The notes: generated by a model not told the origin, from the sequence alone. DNA of 64,000 nucleotides from Bacillota bacterium (GCA_023397655.1 JAEWTW010000053.1:2836-66835); one strand, 5' to 3'. Positions 28,542-38,478 are shown, numbered from the stretch's first letter. Program-made: numbers and translations.

Positions 28542-29108
28542 ATGCCCATATCCGCAGCCGGGCTGGCGCAGGCCGTACAGGACCAATGGCAACTGACGCT
28601 CACCCGAATAGATGAGTGGAAAAATGAACTGTTCAGCTTTAACTGGTGGTTGCTGCTGGTGCTGTTCCTGATCAACTTCTTTCTGTGGATTAAGCTGGCA
28701 GATAAACGCCGCTTAAGTGAGTTGGCACTGCACACGGCGCTTATCATCATATGGGTCATCGTTCTGGACGAATTGGGTGAAGAGGCCTACTTATGGTATT
28801 ACACGGCAGATATCATTCCTCTGTTCCCGCCCATTACGGCGATCGACATTACCTGTCTGCCTTTGCTCTATATGCTGATCTACCAGTACACCAGGAGATG
28901 GCCAAGCTTTCTGGTCGCCACCGCCGTGATGTCCGTGGTGTTCTGCTTCGTTTTCGAGCCGATATTCGTTTGGAGCGGCATTTATAAGATGATTACGTGG
29001 AAGAGCTGGTACGGACTGCCCATTTATTTCTTCATAGGAGTCGCGAGTCGTTTCATTATACGGCGTATCATGGCTGTCAGGCTGAAAGCCCAGGGAATAC
29101 CGGACTAA
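28542..29108 (+). CDS. Integral membrane protein, family A paralog
   Basis: FNWWLLLVLFLINFFLWIKLADKRRLSELAL...YLWYYTADIIPLFPP... GGAGG lies 6 nt upstream of ATG 28542. Confidence 0.7.
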   Translation: MPISAAGLAQAVQDQWQLTLTRIDEWKNELFSFNWWLLLVLFLINFFLWIKLADKRRLSELALHTALIIIWVIVLDELGEEAYLWYYTADIIPLFPPITAIDITCLPLLYMLIYQYTRRWPSFLVATAVMSVVFCFVFEPIFVWSGIYKMITWKSWYGLPIYFFIGVASRFIIRRIMAVRLKAQGIPD

Positions 29109-29151
29109 CCAGACAGGCATATACGATGCGGTTTCGCGGCAGAATATTTCT

Positions 29152-30021
29152 ATGAACAGTTCATTTTGGACAAACACGATTTGGTATATCGCACTGGCAG
29201 TCACCAGCGTTGCCGTACTCATCATATTGTTCTTCAAAGCGCGTGATCGTAAAAGGCTGTTTGCGTTCTGGTTTGCAGTGCTGGGGTTTGCTTATCTTCT
29301 CGAAGTCTCCATAATGCTGCTGCTAAACGCATACACTTATTACCCGATGATAACGCCGGATGATCCGTTTTTCGACGCGGTACTCGGCAATGTCTTTTCC
29401 CAAGTTTCCGTTTCATCCACCGCTGTGCTGATCTGTGTACTGGGCCTGTCAAACTGGTGGCTGGCCGGTTTTTCTGTGGCTTATTTTCTGATCGATATAC
29501 TGTTTGTGCAGCTCGGAATCTATGAGCACTTCTGGTACCGTTCCGTGTTTACTATTGGCGGCTTCCTCATTTACGGTCTGATCGTCAAATACTGGTACAA
29601 ACGGTTCTTTATCAACTCACCGTCAAAGCGCCTTTATTATCCGATGCTTTTTTTAAGCTCATGGTCTGTGTCAGCGAATCTGGTTGGCACTCTTTTCAAG
29701 CTGCTCGGCATAAGGGTGTTTCAATGCACCTTTTATACCGACCCTTCCAGAAACCATACTTCGGCGGCACTGATATACATACCTGTCATGATTATCATCA
29801 TGATCGCCCTTTATAAATGGAGATCGCCGTGGTGGCAGAAGGCTTTCGTACTCCTGCTGCTGCTGGTTTGCCAGTTGGGGCTTATCCAATCCGGGGTTAT
29901 GGTGATCAGGCCGGGTTGGGAGATCGCCGTGCTGTTGTTCGACTTGGCTGCATTCTATGGATGGACGGCTAACATGGACAGCAGTCTGCAGGGCAGGCAA
30001 AAACCGAATTTGTCCAGTTGA
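29152..30021 (+). CDS. Integral membrane protein, family B (paralog of 24564-25451)
   Basis: See 24564-25451. 289 aa, about 8 TM. Confidence 0.7.
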   Translation: MNSSFWTNTIWYIALAVTSVAVLIILFFKARDRKRLFAFWFAVLGFAYLLEVSIMLLLNAYTYYPMITPDDPFFDAVLGNVFSQVSVSSTAVLICVLGLSNWWLAGFSVAYFLIDILFVQLGIYEHFWYRSVFTIGGFLIYGLIVKYWYKRFFINSPSKRLYYPMLFLSSWSVSANLVGTLFKLLGIRVFQCTFYTDPSRNHTSAALIYIPVMIIIMIALYKWRSPWWQKAFVLLLLLVCQLGLIQSGVMVIRPGWEIAVLLFDLAAFYGWTANMDSSLQGRQKPNLSS

Positions 30022-30086
30022 TCGGAGCGGGTATACTTCGCGTATTTGCACAAACTAAAGTCAAAACGTATTAAGGTGAATTTAAT

Positions 30087-30692
30087 ATGGACCCTAATCT
30101 GATCGAGGAAATCAACAGCATCAACGACAGCTTTGTGGGCGTGCACGACTGGATCAAGCAGGTGTGGCTGTCGAAAGTACTGTTCTCGTGGCACTGGTGG
30201 GTGGACGTGGCGCTGGCTGTGCTGCCGTGGGGTTTCTGGCTCCTCGTGCGGCGGCGGGATCTTCAGCGGCGGCTGCTGTTTGCCGGTCTGGTCACGGCGC
30301 TGCTGGCGACATACTTGGATATTATCGGCATGTCTCAAGGGTGGTGGACGTATTACACATGGGTACTGCCGCTGATGCCCGAATACCTGCCGTGGGATCT
30401 CGCTGTTATGCCCGTCACCGCGATGCTGTTCTACCAGTACAAACAAAACTGGAACCCGTGGCTGAAAGCGGCCATATTCGGGGTCGTCGGCGCGTTCGTA
30501 TCCGAGCCTCTGTTCGAATGGATCGGGATATACAAGCGCATTACATGGCAATATTGGTATTCGCTGCCTATATACATCGCCGTGTATATGGCAGGTTATG
30601 CCGTATTCACGCGCGGGCGCAGACTCAAAGCCGCCGCAGTTTACAAAAAACCGCCAGTTCTGCATAGCAGGACGAAAAAGGAGATAAGCTGA
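30087..30692 (+). CDS. Integral membrane protein, family A paralog
   Basis: WHWWVDVALAVLPWGFWLLVRRRDLQRRLLFAGL...MPEYLPWDLAVMPVTAMLFYQY. Confidence 0.75.
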   Translation: MDPNLIEEINSINDSFVGVHDWIKQVWLSKVLFSWHWWVDVALAVLPWGFWLLVRRRDLQRRLLFAGLVTALLATYLDIIGMSQGWWTYYTWVLPLMPEYLPWDLAVMPVTAMLFYQYKQNWNPWLKAAIFGVVGAFVSEPLFEWIGIYKRITWQYWYSLPIYIAVYMAGYAVFTRGRRLKAAAVYKKPPVLHSRTKKEIS

Positions 30693-31255
30693 TGTACGAT
30701 CCGGATCTGCTTGAAGCAGTGGACCGCGTAACTGAGCAGTATAATGCGATACACGACGAGATAGAGCGTATATGGGCTCAGCAGATGGTGTTTACGTGGC
30801 ACTGGTGGATAGACCTTGGACTGGCGGTGCTGCCGTGGGTGCTGTGGCTCATCGTTCGGGACAGGAAAAACACACACCGGCTGCTGTACGCCGGACTTTT
30901 TTCCGCGTTCGTCGCGACAGTGCTTTGCATGATCGGCGTGTCGCAAGGCGGCTGGAATTACAACACGTGGCTGCTGCCTTACTTTCCCGAATATCTGCCT
31001 TGGGACTGGACGATCATGCCCGTCACGGCGATGCTGTTCTATCAGTTTCTCCCCAAAATCAATCCATGGCTTAAGGGGCTGGCTTTCGGCGTAATCGCGG
31101 CTTATGTGGTGGAGCCCATATTCATCTGGCTGGGTTTCTACGAGCCGTCCGGGTGGGAGCACCATTACTCGCTGCCCATTTACTTCGTCATCTACATGGC
31201 AGGCTACTGGCTGTATACACGCCGCTTTGGAGAACACGTCAGGGCGCGACGATGA
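30692..31255 (+). CDS. Integral membrane protein, family A paralog
   Basis: Start overlaps the upstream stop (TGATG). WHWWIDLGLAVLPWVLWLIVRDRKNTHRLLYAGL...FPEYLPWDWTIMPVTAMLFYQFLPKINP. Confidence 0.75.
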   Translation: MYDPDLLEAVDRVTEQYNAIHDEIERIWAQQMVFTWHWWIDLGLAVLPWVLWLIVRDRKNTHRLLYAGLFSAFVATVLCMIGVSQGGWNYNTWLLPYFPEYLPWDWTIMPVTAMLFYQFLPKINPWLKGLAFGVIAAYVVEPIFIWLGFYEPSGWEHHYSLPIYFVIYMAGYWLYTRRFGEHVRARR

Positions 31256-31265
31256 CACCCGCCCG

Positions 31266-31862
31266 TCAGCTTGCCGGGTACCCATCGCGCACCGCCTTCA
31301 AAAAGCCAGCCGCTTCCCCGTACGGGTTAGCGATTTCCGTGGCCTCTTCAACATACCAGGGGTATTCGAGATCGTGCACGATAATGGGCACGCGCCTGCC
31401 CGCCGTACGCTCCGCAACACCTTCCGTCTGCAGCCTTTTGGCTACGTTGGACACAGCGCAGAGCAATTCATAGTATCCCACTGGGCCTTTCCCAATAAAA
31501 GCGCCTGTCTCATCATAGGCTGTATCCCAATCCTCACGGCCGACGCCCTCAATACCGTTTTCTTTGTACCACTGAAACAGTATTTTCATGCCTTCATCAT
31601 CGTCTACCGGGTCGATGATATGTGTCATATCCTGCCGCCAGTACGCAAAGTTCCAGCGCTCCTCGCTGTAAGCGGAAGCGCTCCCGCAATCCTCCTCTGT
31701 ATTGTATCCGATTGAAAACTCACTGACGTTGGACACGCCGTGGTATACATATGCTTCATTCGAATACACAAAAAAGGATATTGCGTATATGCCCGGCTCG
31801 TCCCATTGTTCCATGATCGGTTTCACCCGATCATACAGATACTGTTCTAAATCCACTGCCAT
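31266..31862 (-). CDS. Hypothetical acidic cytoplasmic protein (possibly DUF4303-like; weak recollection)
   Basis: 198-aa ORF with coding-like composition. No catalytic motif recognised. Confidence 0.55.
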   Translation of the reverse strand: MAVDLEQYLYDRVKPIMEQWDEPGIYAISFFVYSNEAYVYHGVSNVSEFSIGYNTEEDCGSASAYSEERWNFAYWRQDMTHIIDPVDDDEGMKILFQWYKENGIEGVGREDWDTAYDETGAFIGKGPVGYYELLCAVSNVAKRLQTEGVAERTAGRRVPIIVHDLEYPWYVEEATEIANPYGEAAGFLKAVRDGYPAS

Positions 31863-31881
31863 AGCCTTATCCTTGTTCCCT

Positions 31882-32196
31882 TCATTGCTTCTTGAGCCTT
31901 TTGCCGGTATTCAGCCAAATGATGCCGGCCAGAGCCACGATTCCGAGTATTATGAACCCAATCAGCGCTGCCGTTTCCGACTCGCCGGTGAGCGTCTGCG
32001 CTGTAGCCGTTAAAGCAAGCACCCCTGCCAGTACAAACACGAAATTACCCACATAACAGCACAGCTTTTCCGGGTCATACTCTTCCTTTTTCTTTTTGGA
32101 TGATGTGTTGTAGCCGGATATCAGCCATGTCACTTTTTTAAACCTGATCAGCCAGCCGATAATCAGCAGCAAAGCCGCGGGAATGAAAAGTATCAT
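31882..32196 (-). CDS. DUF3784-like small membrane protein
   Basis: TM - WLISGYNTSSKKKKEEYDPEKL - 2 TM, the layout typical of DUF3784. Confidence 0.65.
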   Translation of the reverse strand: MILFIPAALLLIIGWLIRFKKVTWLISGYNTSSKKKKEEYDPEKLCCYVGNFVFVLAGVLALTATAQTLTGESETAALIGFIILGIVALAGIIWLNTGKRLKKQ

Positions 32197-32319
32197 GATG
32201 CCCTCCGTTTCTTGGCCGTCTGTTAAGTTTTCCGGACTTGAGTATCAGACTTCTGCACGCAACCGCTGTATTCCTCTTTCTCAAGTGTCTGTCGTTCCGC
32301 TGAAAATCAAACACTCGCT

Positions 32320-32847
32320 TTACAGGTGCTCCCATTCACCCGGATATAACGTGCCCTCCCGGTCAAAATACACGAGTCTTGCCGAGAGCGTCTCCCCTGT
32401 CTCGATCACGCCATAGGAGAAAAACGGACTGCGGCGCCTATCCGTGGGCGAACCGGGGTTCAGCAGCAGCGTGCCGTCGTGACGCCCGAGGTAAGGAATG
32501 TGGCTGTGACCGAACACCACCATATTCGCCCCTGCCCCTTCAAACGCGGCTATGGCACGCTGAAGCGTGGAGCCCTTGCTTCCATGCCCGTGACATATGC
32601 CGATTGCAAAACCGCAGAGCCGCAGCAGCTTCTTTTCGCTCAGCGCGTCACGAAGCTCCGGCGGATCGATGTTGCCCGCCACAGCCGCCACCGGGGCGTA
32701 TGCAGCCAGTGTATCCAGCACCTCCAACGCAGTGATGTCGCCCGCATGAATAATATAATCTGTGTCCGCCAGCGCCGCACGAACCGGCTGCGGCAGCTCC
32801 TTTGCCCGGCGCGGCATATGCGTATCCGACAGTGCGACGATTCTCAT
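32320..32847 (-). CDS. YfcE/MJ0936-type metallophosphoesterase
   Basis: MRIVALSDTHMP ... IIHAGDI ... AGNID ... GHSH motifs in canonical order. Confidence 0.85.
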   Translation of the reverse strand: MRIVALSDTHMPRRAKELPQPVRAALADTDYIIHAGDITALEVLDTLAAYAPVAAVAGNIDPPELRDALSEKKLLRLCGFAIGICHGHGSKGSTLQRAIAAFEGAGANMVVFGHSHIPYLGRHDGTLLLNPGSPTDRRRSPFFSYGVIETGETLSARLVYFDREGTLYPGEWEHL

Positions 32848-33013
32848 ATCGATTTCCCTTTCGCTTATGTGATAATATTCCCCGAAAAGATCGCTGTTTC
32901 CCCTGAAAAAGTGATCTCAAACAAAAAATATTTGACAAATTGATCTGCCGGGAACTAATGTGTTTATATGTGCGTCATTACAATGAAACGCTGCAACTAT
33001 GGAGACTTTGTGA

Positions 33014-33997
33014 ATGAAATTGAAAAGCTTATTTATACTCATGCTCGCTGCGGCCATACTGTTTTCCGGTTGTGCCGCTCAGCCGACATTGGTCGTCGGC
33101 ACACCTTCGCCCGCTGAAACAACAGCGCCCACGCCTTCACCCACACCGGAACCGACACCGGAGCCCACGCCTGAGCCGACGCCGGAGCCCACACCGGAAC
33201 CCACGCCGGACCCTTACTTTCCTGATAAGGAAGAGGTGTCGGCAGACGCAGAGGGTGGTTATTGGCTGTACCGTTCCCCCACGTTATTCGTGGAGGTGCA
33301 CCGTTATTCCAACGATGTGCCGCAAACTTGGTTTGTGGCGGATGTACGTTACAAGGAGCCCGAGCGTGACCGGGGCGGTTTTTCCACCCCCAGCAGACCG
33401 GGCGGCAAGTCCGCTGCGCTTTTCACCATCGCTCAATACTATAAGGCGGTAATCGCCGTGAACGGCGATTTTCTGGATCACCATCCCGAGGACCCCAAGG
33501 GCGTGATCATCCGCGACGGACAGGTGTTCGTGGACGACGACGAAAATCAGACGATGGCGATCTACCCGGACGGCACAATGCGCACGTTTGATGCGGGCGA
33601 AACCAATGCCGACGCGCTGCTGGCGGATGGCGTCATGAACGCGTTTTCGTTCGGCCCCACGCTGGTGAAGGACGGCGCGGTTCAGCCCGGAATCATGGAT
33701 TCGAAAATCGCCGACAGGAAGCCGCGCAACGCCGTGGGCATGATTGAGCCCTACCATTTTATAATGGTGGTGGTGGACGGGCGTCAGAGCAAATGGAGCA
33801 AAGGCATGACGTTTGACGAGCTGGCCGCTCTGATGGCGTCGTACGGCTGTGAGATCGCATACAATCTGGATGGCGGCCAGTCGGCCACGATGACTTTCAT
33901 GGGCGAAAACATAAACCAGTACGACTACTCAACCACCGGCCAGAGGCCCGTGCCGGATGCCCTGATGTTCGGCACCTCCGATCTGGTGAGTGAATAA
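33014..33997 (+). CDS. Phosphodiester glycosidase (DUF2233/NAGPA-like) lipoprotein
   Basis: Lipobox LFSGCAAQP, a (TPEP)n linker, AVNGDF and NLDGGQSATM motifs. Confidence 0.8.
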   Translation: MKLKSLFILMLAAAILFSGCAAQPTLVVGTPSPAETTAPTPSPTPEPTPEPTPEPTPEPTPEPTPDPYFPDKEEVSADAEGGYWLYRSPTLFVEVHRYSNDVPQTWFVADVRYKEPERDRGGFSTPSRPGGKSAALFTIAQYYKAVIAVNGDFLDHHPEDPKGVIIRDGQVFVDDDENQTMAIYPDGTMRTFDAGETNADALLADGVMNAFSFGPTLVKDGAVQPGIMDSKIADRKPRNAVGMIEPYHFIMVVVDGRQSKWSKGMTFDELAALMASYGCEIAYNLDGGQSATMTFMGENINQYDYSTTGQRPVPDALMFGTSDLVSE

Positions 33998-34154
33998 TCT
34001 GCTCCAATAACATCGTAAAGAAACAAAGCGCCGATAAAGGCGTTTTTTGTCGGGTAATTATCTGTTTTACTGAAAATTAGTTTGACAAGCTCATACCGGC
34101 AACCTTAATGTAAGTCTTGTGCGCACATAGTATCACAAAACGGAGTACTTCAAA

Positions 34155-35144
34155 ATGCATATGAAAAGAATGTTGCTGCTGTTCATCGCAGCGGCCTTGC
34201 TGCTGTCAGGCTGCACTGCCGTATCGGCAGAACCTGTAATAACGCCCACGCCCACACCCGTCATGACGCCGGTGCCGACGCCCGAACCGACGGCCACGCC
34301 CGTCGTGACGCCGGAACCCACGCCTGAACCGACACCGGAGCCCACGCCCGATCCCTATTTCCCCGCGAAAGAGGAAGTAACGGCGGATGCAGAGGGCGGT
34401 TACTGGCTCTACCGTTCCCCCACGCTGTTTGTGGAAGTCAAACGTTACACCAACGATGTGCCGCAGACCTGGTTTGTGGCGGAAATTCGTATGAAGGAAT
34501 CCGAAAAGGAGATCGCCGGATTTGCGAAACCGGAGACACCCGGCCGCTCCACCAAGGATCTGTACAAGATTGCGCAGGCATACAAGGCTGTCATCGCGGT
34601 GAACGGTGATTATATGGATCGCGTGTCCAGCGACCCCAAGGGTTTTATCATTCGCGACAGCGAAGTCTACGTGGCCGACGACGCAGCGGACACACTGGCC
34701 TTCTATCCCGACGGAACGATGAGCGTATTCCATCCCGGCGAAACATTTGCCGAGCAGCTGCTGGACCAGGGTGTGAGAAACTCCTTTTCTTTCGGCCCCA
34801 CCCTGATACGTGACGGCGTGGTGGAGCCGGACCTGATGGACAAGCGGCTGTCCAGCCGCAAGCCGCGCACAGCCGTGGGCATGATTGAGCCTTACCACTT
34901 CCTGCTGGTGGTGGTGGACGGCCGCTCCAGCAAATACAGCAAGGGCATGACATACGACGAACTGGTCGCTGTGTTTGAGCCGTACGGCTGCGAGGTGGCA
35001 TACAATCTGGACGGCGGCGCTTCGGCGACGATGACGTTTATGGGCAAGAACATCAGCAAATACCAGGGCTCCTTCACTGGTCAGCGCAGCATTCCTGACG
35101 CGCTGATGTTCGGATATTCCGAGCTGGTGGGCGCCGAGGAATAG
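34155..35144 (+). CDS. Phosphodiester glycosidase (DUF2233/NAGPA-like) lipoprotein, tandem paralog
   Basis: Collinear with 33014-33997 (GGYWLYRSPTLFVEV.RY.NDVPQTWFVA...NLDGGASATM). Lipobox LLSGCTAV. Confidence 0.8.
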   Translation: MHMKRMLLLFIAAALLLSGCTAVSAEPVITPTPTPVMTPVPTPEPTATPVVTPEPTPEPTPEPTPDPYFPAKEEVTADAEGGYWLYRSPTLFVEVKRYTNDVPQTWFVAEIRMKESEKEIAGFAKPETPGRSTKDLYKIAQAYKAVIAVNGDYMDRVSSDPKGFIIRDSEVYVADDAADTLAFYPDGTMSVFHPGETFAEQLLDQGVRNSFSFGPTLIRDGVVEPDLMDKRLSSRKPRTAVGMIEPYHFLLVVVDGRSSKYSKGMTYDELVAVFEPYGCEVAYNLDGGASATMTFMGKNISKYQGSFTGQRSIPDALMFGYSELVGAEE

Positions 35145-35163
35145 ATCAGTCAAAGCAGAGCAT

Positions 35164-35190
35164 AGCGCCGGCAGCCCCGGCGCTATTTTA
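35164..35190 (+). terminator. Rho-independent terminator
   Basis: AGCGCCGG-CAGCC-CCGGCGCT followed by ATTTTATT, 20 nt after the stop. Confidence 0.7.
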
Positions 35191-35467
35191 TTGTGACTTT
35201 GGACCTGCTGTACTCCATATGCTGTCCCAAATACAGCAAATTACGGCCCTCTGTCATGATTTCGGTCGGTTTCGTGCGATAAAATATCTCCTGCCGACGC
35301 ATACCCTCGCATACTCACGCATACCCATGCATACCCACGAGCGCGCAGCCGCAATTCATTCATTGGATGAGTCCCGCCTATACCGGCAGATTTCAGCGGA
35401 TAGCGCAGCTGTCCAAAACCGTGAAAACCATGTATAATCATCGCTGGTGTCTTAAGGAGGTTTTAAC

Positions 35468-36412
35468 TTGAGCAACGTCAATGCAACCGCAACAAGGCAG
35501 CGCGCCTTTGCAAACGGATATCTACTCGTGCAGACAATGATGTGGGGTCTGTCTTTTATTTGGACCAAAAATATCAATTCCGAAATGCCGACGCTGGCTT
35601 ACCTTGCGCTGCGCTTTGGCGTGGCCGCGCTGGTGGTGCTGCCCTTCCTTATTCGCAAGCTGAAGGCTGCATTCTCGCCAGCGTTTCTGCGCGCGTCGCT
35701 GGTGCTCGGCGGACTGCTGTTCGTCTCGATGGCGCTGCAGATATTCGGCCTCAATTACACCTCTGTCACCAACTCGTCGTTCATCACCAGCACCACCGTG
35801 CTGATCGTTCCTATACTGGAGCGGCTGCTGTTCAAGAAAAAGCTTTCCCCTGCGCTGTGGGTCGGCTGCATCATCGCATTCGGCGGTGTGGGCGTACTCT
35901 CGGGCGGCCTGTCGATGAAGCCAAATCTGGGCGACGTGCTCACCCTGCTGTGCGCTGTGGGCTTCTCACTGCAGATACTTTACTGCGCCAAATACGGCGC
36001 GGAACACCCCGCCGACGCGCTGGGCTCTGCGCATATCGTTGTTGCAGCGCTGCTGTTCGTCGCACTGTGGGGCGTCTTCGGCTTTGACATGACCGGCTTT
36101 AAACCTTCCTTCATATTCGGCATCGTGTTTATGGGCGTCGTCAACACGTCCGCCGGTTTCATGGGCCAGGTTATCGCGCTTAAATACACGCGTCCCACGG
36201 TCGCCGGGCTGATATACACGCTGGAGCCGATATTCGCGACGATGTTCGCGCTGATCATACCCGGCACGAACGGGCAGGTGGAGACCATATCGATGAAAAC
36301 AGCCTTCGGCGTGCTGGCCGTGCTGACGGGCGTCGTCATCGCACTGGTGGACTCGTTCCGGCCCCGGCGTACGGCGGTACTAGTCCAGGCTGAACCGGAA
36401 GCGGTCGAATAA
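35468..36412 (+). CDS. DMT superfamily (EamA-like) transporter
   Basis: 10-TM, two-repeat layout. TTG start with AAGGAGG 7 nt upstream. Confidence 0.75.
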   Translation: MSNVNATATRQRAFANGYLLVQTMMWGLSFIWTKNINSEMPTLAYLALRFGVAALVVLPFLIRKLKAAFSPAFLRASLVLGGLLFVSMALQIFGLNYTSVTNSSFITSTTVLIVPILERLLFKKKLSPALWVGCIIAFGGVGVLSGGLSMKPNLGDVLTLLCAVGFSLQILYCAKYGAEHPADALGSAHIVVAALLFVALWGVFGFDMTGFKPSFIFGIVFMGVVNTSAGFMGQVIALKYTRPTVAGLIYTLEPIFATMFALIIPGTNGQVETISMKTAFGVLAVLTGVVIALVDSFRPRRTAVLVQAEPEAVE

Positions 36413-36434
36413 GCAATCAGGAGAACAAAAAACA

Positions 36435-36668
36435 ATGAAAAAAAGCACAATGAAAACAACGAAAATCGCATTGGTTATCTCGTCGGTATCCATATTGATC
36501 GCCGCCGCCAATCTGCTGATCTGCGCGCTGAACGACTTGCCAATGTGGCCGGCCATCACACTGATGTTCTGCATGATCACGATATTCTTTGCCAATCTGT
36601 CGTTGTATAGTAAACGTAAAAAGGAAGAAGCGTCGGCCGAAAAGCAGCCCGGCATCGGCATACAGTAA
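36435..36668 (+). CDS. Small membrane protein, 77 aa
   Basis: Two TM segments and a charged C-terminus. Confidence 0.45.
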   Translation: MKKSTMKTTKIALVISSVSILIAAANLLICALNDLPMWPAITLMFCMITIFFANLSLYSKRKKEEASAEKQPGIGIQ

Positions 36669-36878
36669 TACCCATTGTATTCACACAGCGTATTCACGTA
36701 ATCGCACTGGCCGCGTCCGACGGCGGCGCAGTCCCCTTAACGCTGATTAACGTATACTGCACATATCCATTCACAATCAAATATCTAGAAATTCACTGCC
36801 GCATAATTTGCAGGATAATACAAACAATAAATAAGGCATTATTTACTCTTGCCGTATACTCTTGAAAGGAGAGAATTC

Positions 36879-37238
36879 ATGTCTGAAAGTAAGTTTTTAC
36901 TCAAGGAAACCAGCCTGCTGATGGTGATATACGGCGTGATCGCCTCCGTCATATCCGTGGTGGCGCTGGTGAACGCGGATGGCAGTGCGACATACTGGGC
37001 GACAGGTCTGGTGCTGCTGCTGATTGCCAGCCTGCTCGAGCTGATATTTGGCGCACTGGGCTTTCGCAGAAGCGACGACAACGGCCGGTCCGGCTTCTTT
37101 GTGTTCGCCGGCATCATAGCGGCGGTCGTGATGCTGATTCTCCTCATCATGGACTTCTCGGTGTGGAGCCTGATCGGCTTTGTTCTTCCGGTGCTCTACA
37201 TCATCGGCGGCGCCATGCTGAGCCGAAGAACGGACTGA
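36879..37238 (+). CDS. Small membrane protein, 119 aa
   Basis: Start moved to MSESKFLL, with GAAAGGAGAG upstream. 4 TM. Confidence 0.55.
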   Translation: MSESKFLLKETSLLMVIYGVIASVISVVALVNADGSATYWATGLVLLLIASLLELIFGALGFRRSDDNGRSGFFVFAGIIAAVVMLILLIMDFSVWSLIGFVLPVLYIIGGAMLSRRTD

Positions 37239-37353
37239 CAGCGTTCCATCGCACCACACAAGCCCCGTCTGCACTATTGTGCTTCGGGGCTTTTTAATAA
37301 ACAACCCCATAAGCCGTCTGTGCTTTACTGTGACAGGCCTAACATGAACTGAA

Positions 37354-37767
37354 TTACCATTTTTCTTTAATGGCATCCGGCGCGAGCTGAATACTGGATT
37401 CATCAGCGTGTTCTTTTTTCCATGTGCCGTTTTCGCGCCGCCACAAAAAAGCACCGACATCCCCGCTGTATATCCAGAGAGTATCATTTTCTCCCCAGTC
37501 GATAAGCGTGGTAAATCTGACGTAGAATTTTTCATCAGTGATAAATGAGTCGGCTCCGTCAATTGATTCTATAGCAACCCGGACATAGCGAGCCCGATCG
37601 TATCCGTAAATCTGCTCATATGTGTATTCGCCCGATGGGGACAGCTTCGGTTCGGCAAACATCCCGGCTTCTCCCTCCGCTATGCCAATCAAATATCCGA
37701 TATACCCGGCAATGACAAGTCCCACTATACCCACCAATAAAATGATGACGATTGCTTTTTTCTTCAC
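37354..37767 (-). CDS. Membrane-anchored hypothetical protein, 137 aa
   Basis: N-terminal TM (IVIILLVGIVGLVIAGYIGYLIG), then a soluble domain. Confidence 0.55.
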   Translation of the reverse strand: MKKKAIVIILLVGIVGLVIAGYIGYLIGIAEGEAGMFAEPKLSPSGEYTYEQIYGYDRARYVRVAIESIDGADSFITDEKFYVRFTTLIDWGENDTLWIYSGDVGAFLWRRENGTWKKEHADESSIQLAPDAIKEKW

Positions 37768-37792
37768 TCGGTTTATTTATAGGCTTTTATGC

Positions 37793-38443
37793 TCAGCCTT
37801 CTCCCTCCAGCTGTATTTTTAATGCCCGGTACGCAAGGCTGATTTCGGACGGCAGCGGCTCCTCCCGTATGTAGCCCAGCAGTGCGTATTTCACCAGCCG
37901 CTCAATCTCGCCCGCCAGCAGAGCGTCCAGCGACTGTTCCTTGCCCGCGAACAGCGCCCGCTGCACCTCATACGAGGACACCGGCGGCGCGTTGATCACC
38001 TCGATGTCCGGATACAGCTGATTCAGCGTAAGCATCACACGACGCTGCCGGTACGGCGATGCCACCGCGATCACACGGCAGATGCCGCGCTCGAAGCAAA
38101 ACTCCGCGTCCGCTGCACGCAGCAAAGCTGCGCTCATCGTCACATTTTCACCGGTGTTGGTGGAGGCGTATTCCACCGTCACATGCGCGTCCGGTATGCC
38201 GGGGAACGTGCGCCGCAGTTCCTCCCTGAACGCTATCCCCTCCGGCTGCCCAAGGTCTGCCGTACCCGCCCCGACGCCGCCAGTCAGCAGTATATGGCGC
38301 GCGAAGCCTGCCTGATACAGCCGCCCGCACTGCCTCGGTATCTCCATATCGAAGTGTCCGAAGCCGATGATGATGTCCGCTGCACGCGGCTCATCCGTTA
38401 TGGCGAGGTATCGGAAGAGGATTTCGGCTGGAGATGGGGTCAT
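37793..38443 (-). CDS. YdcF/DUF218 family protein
   Basis: ADIIIGFGHFD ... ILLTGGVG ... STNTGEN pattern. Confidence 0.7.
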   Translation of the reverse strand: MTPSPAEILFRYLAITDEPRAADIIIGFGHFDMEIPRQCGRLYQAGFARHILLTGGVGAGTADLGQPEGIAFREELRRTFPGIPDAHVTVEYASTNTGENVTMSAALLRAADAEFCFERGICRVIAVASPYRQRRVMLTLNQLYPDIEVINAPPVSSYEVQRALFAGKEQSLDALLAGEIERLVKYALLGYIREEPLPSEISLAYRALKIQLEGEG

Positions 38444-38478
38444 GTGGGGGTGCCTCCTTTTGGGGGAATATACATATT

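Noticed and set aside
33130-33215. Short periodic nucleotide repeats (ACGCCGGAGCCCAC-type, also at 34300-34345) that could be mistaken for a CRISPR-like or microsatellite array.
   Set aside because: They are in-frame (TPEP)n linker codons inside the two lipoprotein genes. There is no spacer/repeat organisation and there are no cas genes.
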